The notes below the pieces were generated by a model that was given only the letters and a program-made list of their open reading frames with translations, did not search any database and was not told where the DNA came from. Source: Octopus sinensis (lineage: Eukaryota). Taken from it: a stretch of DNA of 64,000 nt. The stretch covers positions 103,664,001 through 103,728,000 of the forward strand of contig NC_043000.1 in assembly GCF_006345805.1 (NCBI RefSeq), written 5' to 3'. Position 1 is the first letter of the stretch. Each line of letters starts with the position of its first letter. The translations under genes were made by a program, and so were the position numbers. Shown piece by piece: positions 61,621 through 64,000 of the stretch.

Positions 61621-63180
61621 TACCGTAAATTCTGGACTATAAGCCGCTACTTTTTTCCCACACTTTGAACATTGCAGCCAATACTATGGTGTGACTAATG
61701 CATATTTTTTTTTGTCATACCACGAAAAACATTTTGCCTCGCAACGGTAGACCAATCAAATTGATGAGTAGATCACAGAGATCCAATGAAATTGTGCGAT
61801 AAATCAAGAGCACTTTCACAATTCAATTACCGGTATTGCAAAGCTGTCATATCTATTCACCCTCATCAACATGAAAAACACTCGAAGAAAAGCATATGAT
61901 GCAGCTTTTAAGTTGAAGGTGATCAATCTGGCGGTTGAAGAACAAAATCGAGCTGCTGCATGTAAATTTGGCATAAATGAATTGATGGTGAGATGGTGCA
62001 GACGCCAGCAGGAAGAACTGAGTCAATGCAAAAATACGACGAAAGCTTTCAGAGGTAACCATAGCAGATGGCCCGAACTTGAAAACTTTCTTGAAGACTG
62101 GGTTAACACACGGAGAGCAAGCAGCTGCAGTGTTTCCACCGTGCAGATTGGACTGAAGGCTAAAACAATCACCACCAAAATGAAAATCAAAGATTTTAGA
62201 GGTGGGCCATCGTGGTCCTTTAGATTTATGAGAAGAAAAGGCCTGTCCATCAGGTCACGCATGACTTTGTTCAGCAGCTCCTTCTTGACTACAAGGAAAA
62301 ACTTGTAACTTTCGCACATTCACTCAAACAAAGATAGTGGAGAATTCCATTGGGCCAGAAAATATCATAAATATGGATGAAGTACCTTTGACATTTGACC
62401 CGCCTCTCACTCAGACTGTTAATAAAAAGGTGACTCATCCATCACACTGAAAACAAGTGGCCATGAGAGAACGCATTTTACCTGTGTTCTGAGCTGCACA
62501 GCATCTGGACTAAAGCTTCCACCGATGGTGATTTTTAAGCGGCTGACAACGCCAAAGGAAAAATTCCTAAAAGAAATCATGGTGAAAGTCAATAAGAAAG
62601 GTTGGATGATGGAGAGCCTAATGAAGGATTGGCTCAGAGACTGCTACACCAAGCAACCTGGGGGATTTTTTCACACAAAAAAAGCATTGCTCGTTATGGA
62701 CAGCATGAGGGCCCATATAACAGATTCAGTGAAAGCTGCCATCAAGAGTACAAACCCAATTCCAGCTGTGATTCCTGGGGTCACCACTAAGTATTTGCAG
62801 CCACTGGACATCAGTGTGAACCGAGCATTTAAAGTGGCACTGCGACGTGAGTGGGAGGATTGGATGACGAGCGGCAAGAAATCCTTCATCAAAACAGGCT
62901 GCATGCGAAGAGTATCTTTCATTCGAGTCTGCCAGTGGATCTTAAATGCGTGGAGCCATGTCAAAACATCCACCATCACCAACGGGTTTCAAAAAGCTGG
63001 ACTGCTGCGTGATGAAGAGGACAAGGTGCACTCAAGTGAGAGCGACAACGAAGAGGCTGAAGTGAGTGATGAGATCCTGAGGCTGTTCAATTCGGACACT
63101 GAAGAAGAGGACTTTGATGGTTTCAGTGCGCAGGAAGAAGATGAAGGAGGCAATCAATGACTTTTGACCTGGTAGGCTGC
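61621..63180 (+). mobile_element. pogo-family (POGK-like, Brinker-DBD) transposon, frameshifted, 3' TIR not seen
   Basis: 5' end TACCGTAAATTCTGGACTATAAGCCGC. MKNTRRKAYDAAFKLKV (Brinker-type DBD), RWPELE (CENP-B HTH), NMDEVPLTFD, LLVMDSMRAH and VIPG.TTKYLQPLDISVN. Interrupted by (TA)n and an OR1 half at 63181-63445. Confidence 0.9.
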
Positions 63181-63182
63181 AG

Positions 63183-63229
<47 letters not shown>

Positions 63230-64000
63230 TTGTGTGTCTGTGTTTGTCCCCCTAGCATTGCTTGACAACCGATGCTGGTGTGTTTAGGTTCCCGTCACTT
63301 AGCGGCTCGGCAAAAGAGACCGATAGAATAAGTACTGGGCTTACAAAGAATAAGTCCCGGGGTCGATTTGCTCGACTAAAGGCGGTGCTCCAGCATGGCC
63401 GCAGTCAAATGACTGAAACTAGTAAAAGTAAAAAGTAAAGTAAAGTATACAAGCAAAACGCCCCCCGTCCAATGGACGTTAAACATTTAAACCAAATTTT
63501 CTCAAAACAACTTGTCCGACTGTCCCATTGGCCTCCCCTTTGAGAAACACTGATTTAACCTACATTTGAGACACCAGCAAAAGAAGAAATAAAATAGACT
63601 TTTTTTTCTATTCCAAAGAAAAACGATTTTATTCACAGAAATATGCAACTGAAGAGTTTAAAGTACCATTAATGATAAGACTGTTGACTGGGAGAACACA
63701 AACATGGTTTAAACAGTAAGCCTGGCAGGAAAAAAACGTGCCTTTAAGCAGTAAAAAAACAACAAACATGGAAGGTGCAGTTATGCATTCTCACCTGGAA
63801 TCGATTTTTGTAATTTTTTCAAGACTTATACACGCCCTGATATCGTCGGTATCTACATATCAAATTTGAGCGCAATCGGATGGAGGATGCCCGAAATCCT
63901 AGAAGACACACTTACACACACAGACAGAACAGATTTTATATAATAGAAAAACCGGCCATTAGGAGGAATGTTGTTCATGCACTTTTCAGTAAAAAAGCAT

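Overview
AT-rich, microsatellite-dense eukaryotic genomic DNA, almost certainly octopus (many OR1- and OR2-type tRNA-derived SINEs). One host gene is well supported: a DENND3-like Rab GEF on the + strand, with seven frame-consistent GT-AG coding exons from 45640 to 61200 (386 codons, uDENN into cDENN), continuing past the window. The first ~41 kb is almost entirely transposon-derived. It holds an internally deleted mariner, a non-autonomous gypsy-type LTR element with a tandem array of LTR-end/tRNA-Trp PBS junctions, two RTE LINEs, a decayed gypsy pol, a MULE, a very young gypsy element lacking RNase H, CR1 and L1/Tx1 fragments, and a Tigger with a nested MITE. The DENND3 introns carry R4/Dong, RTE and pogo insertions. 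The least explained structures are a 1.4 kb GC-rich CCAG-based minisatellite (72 bp unit, ~211 bp higher-order repeat) fused to a Helitron-like end and lying inside a 9.5 kb interval bracketed by a ~320 bp inverted duplication, and two clusters of NF-kB/STAT-like motifs. I cannot demonstrate a new biological system from sequence alone; the findings are leads, and family names are from motif recognition, not database searches.
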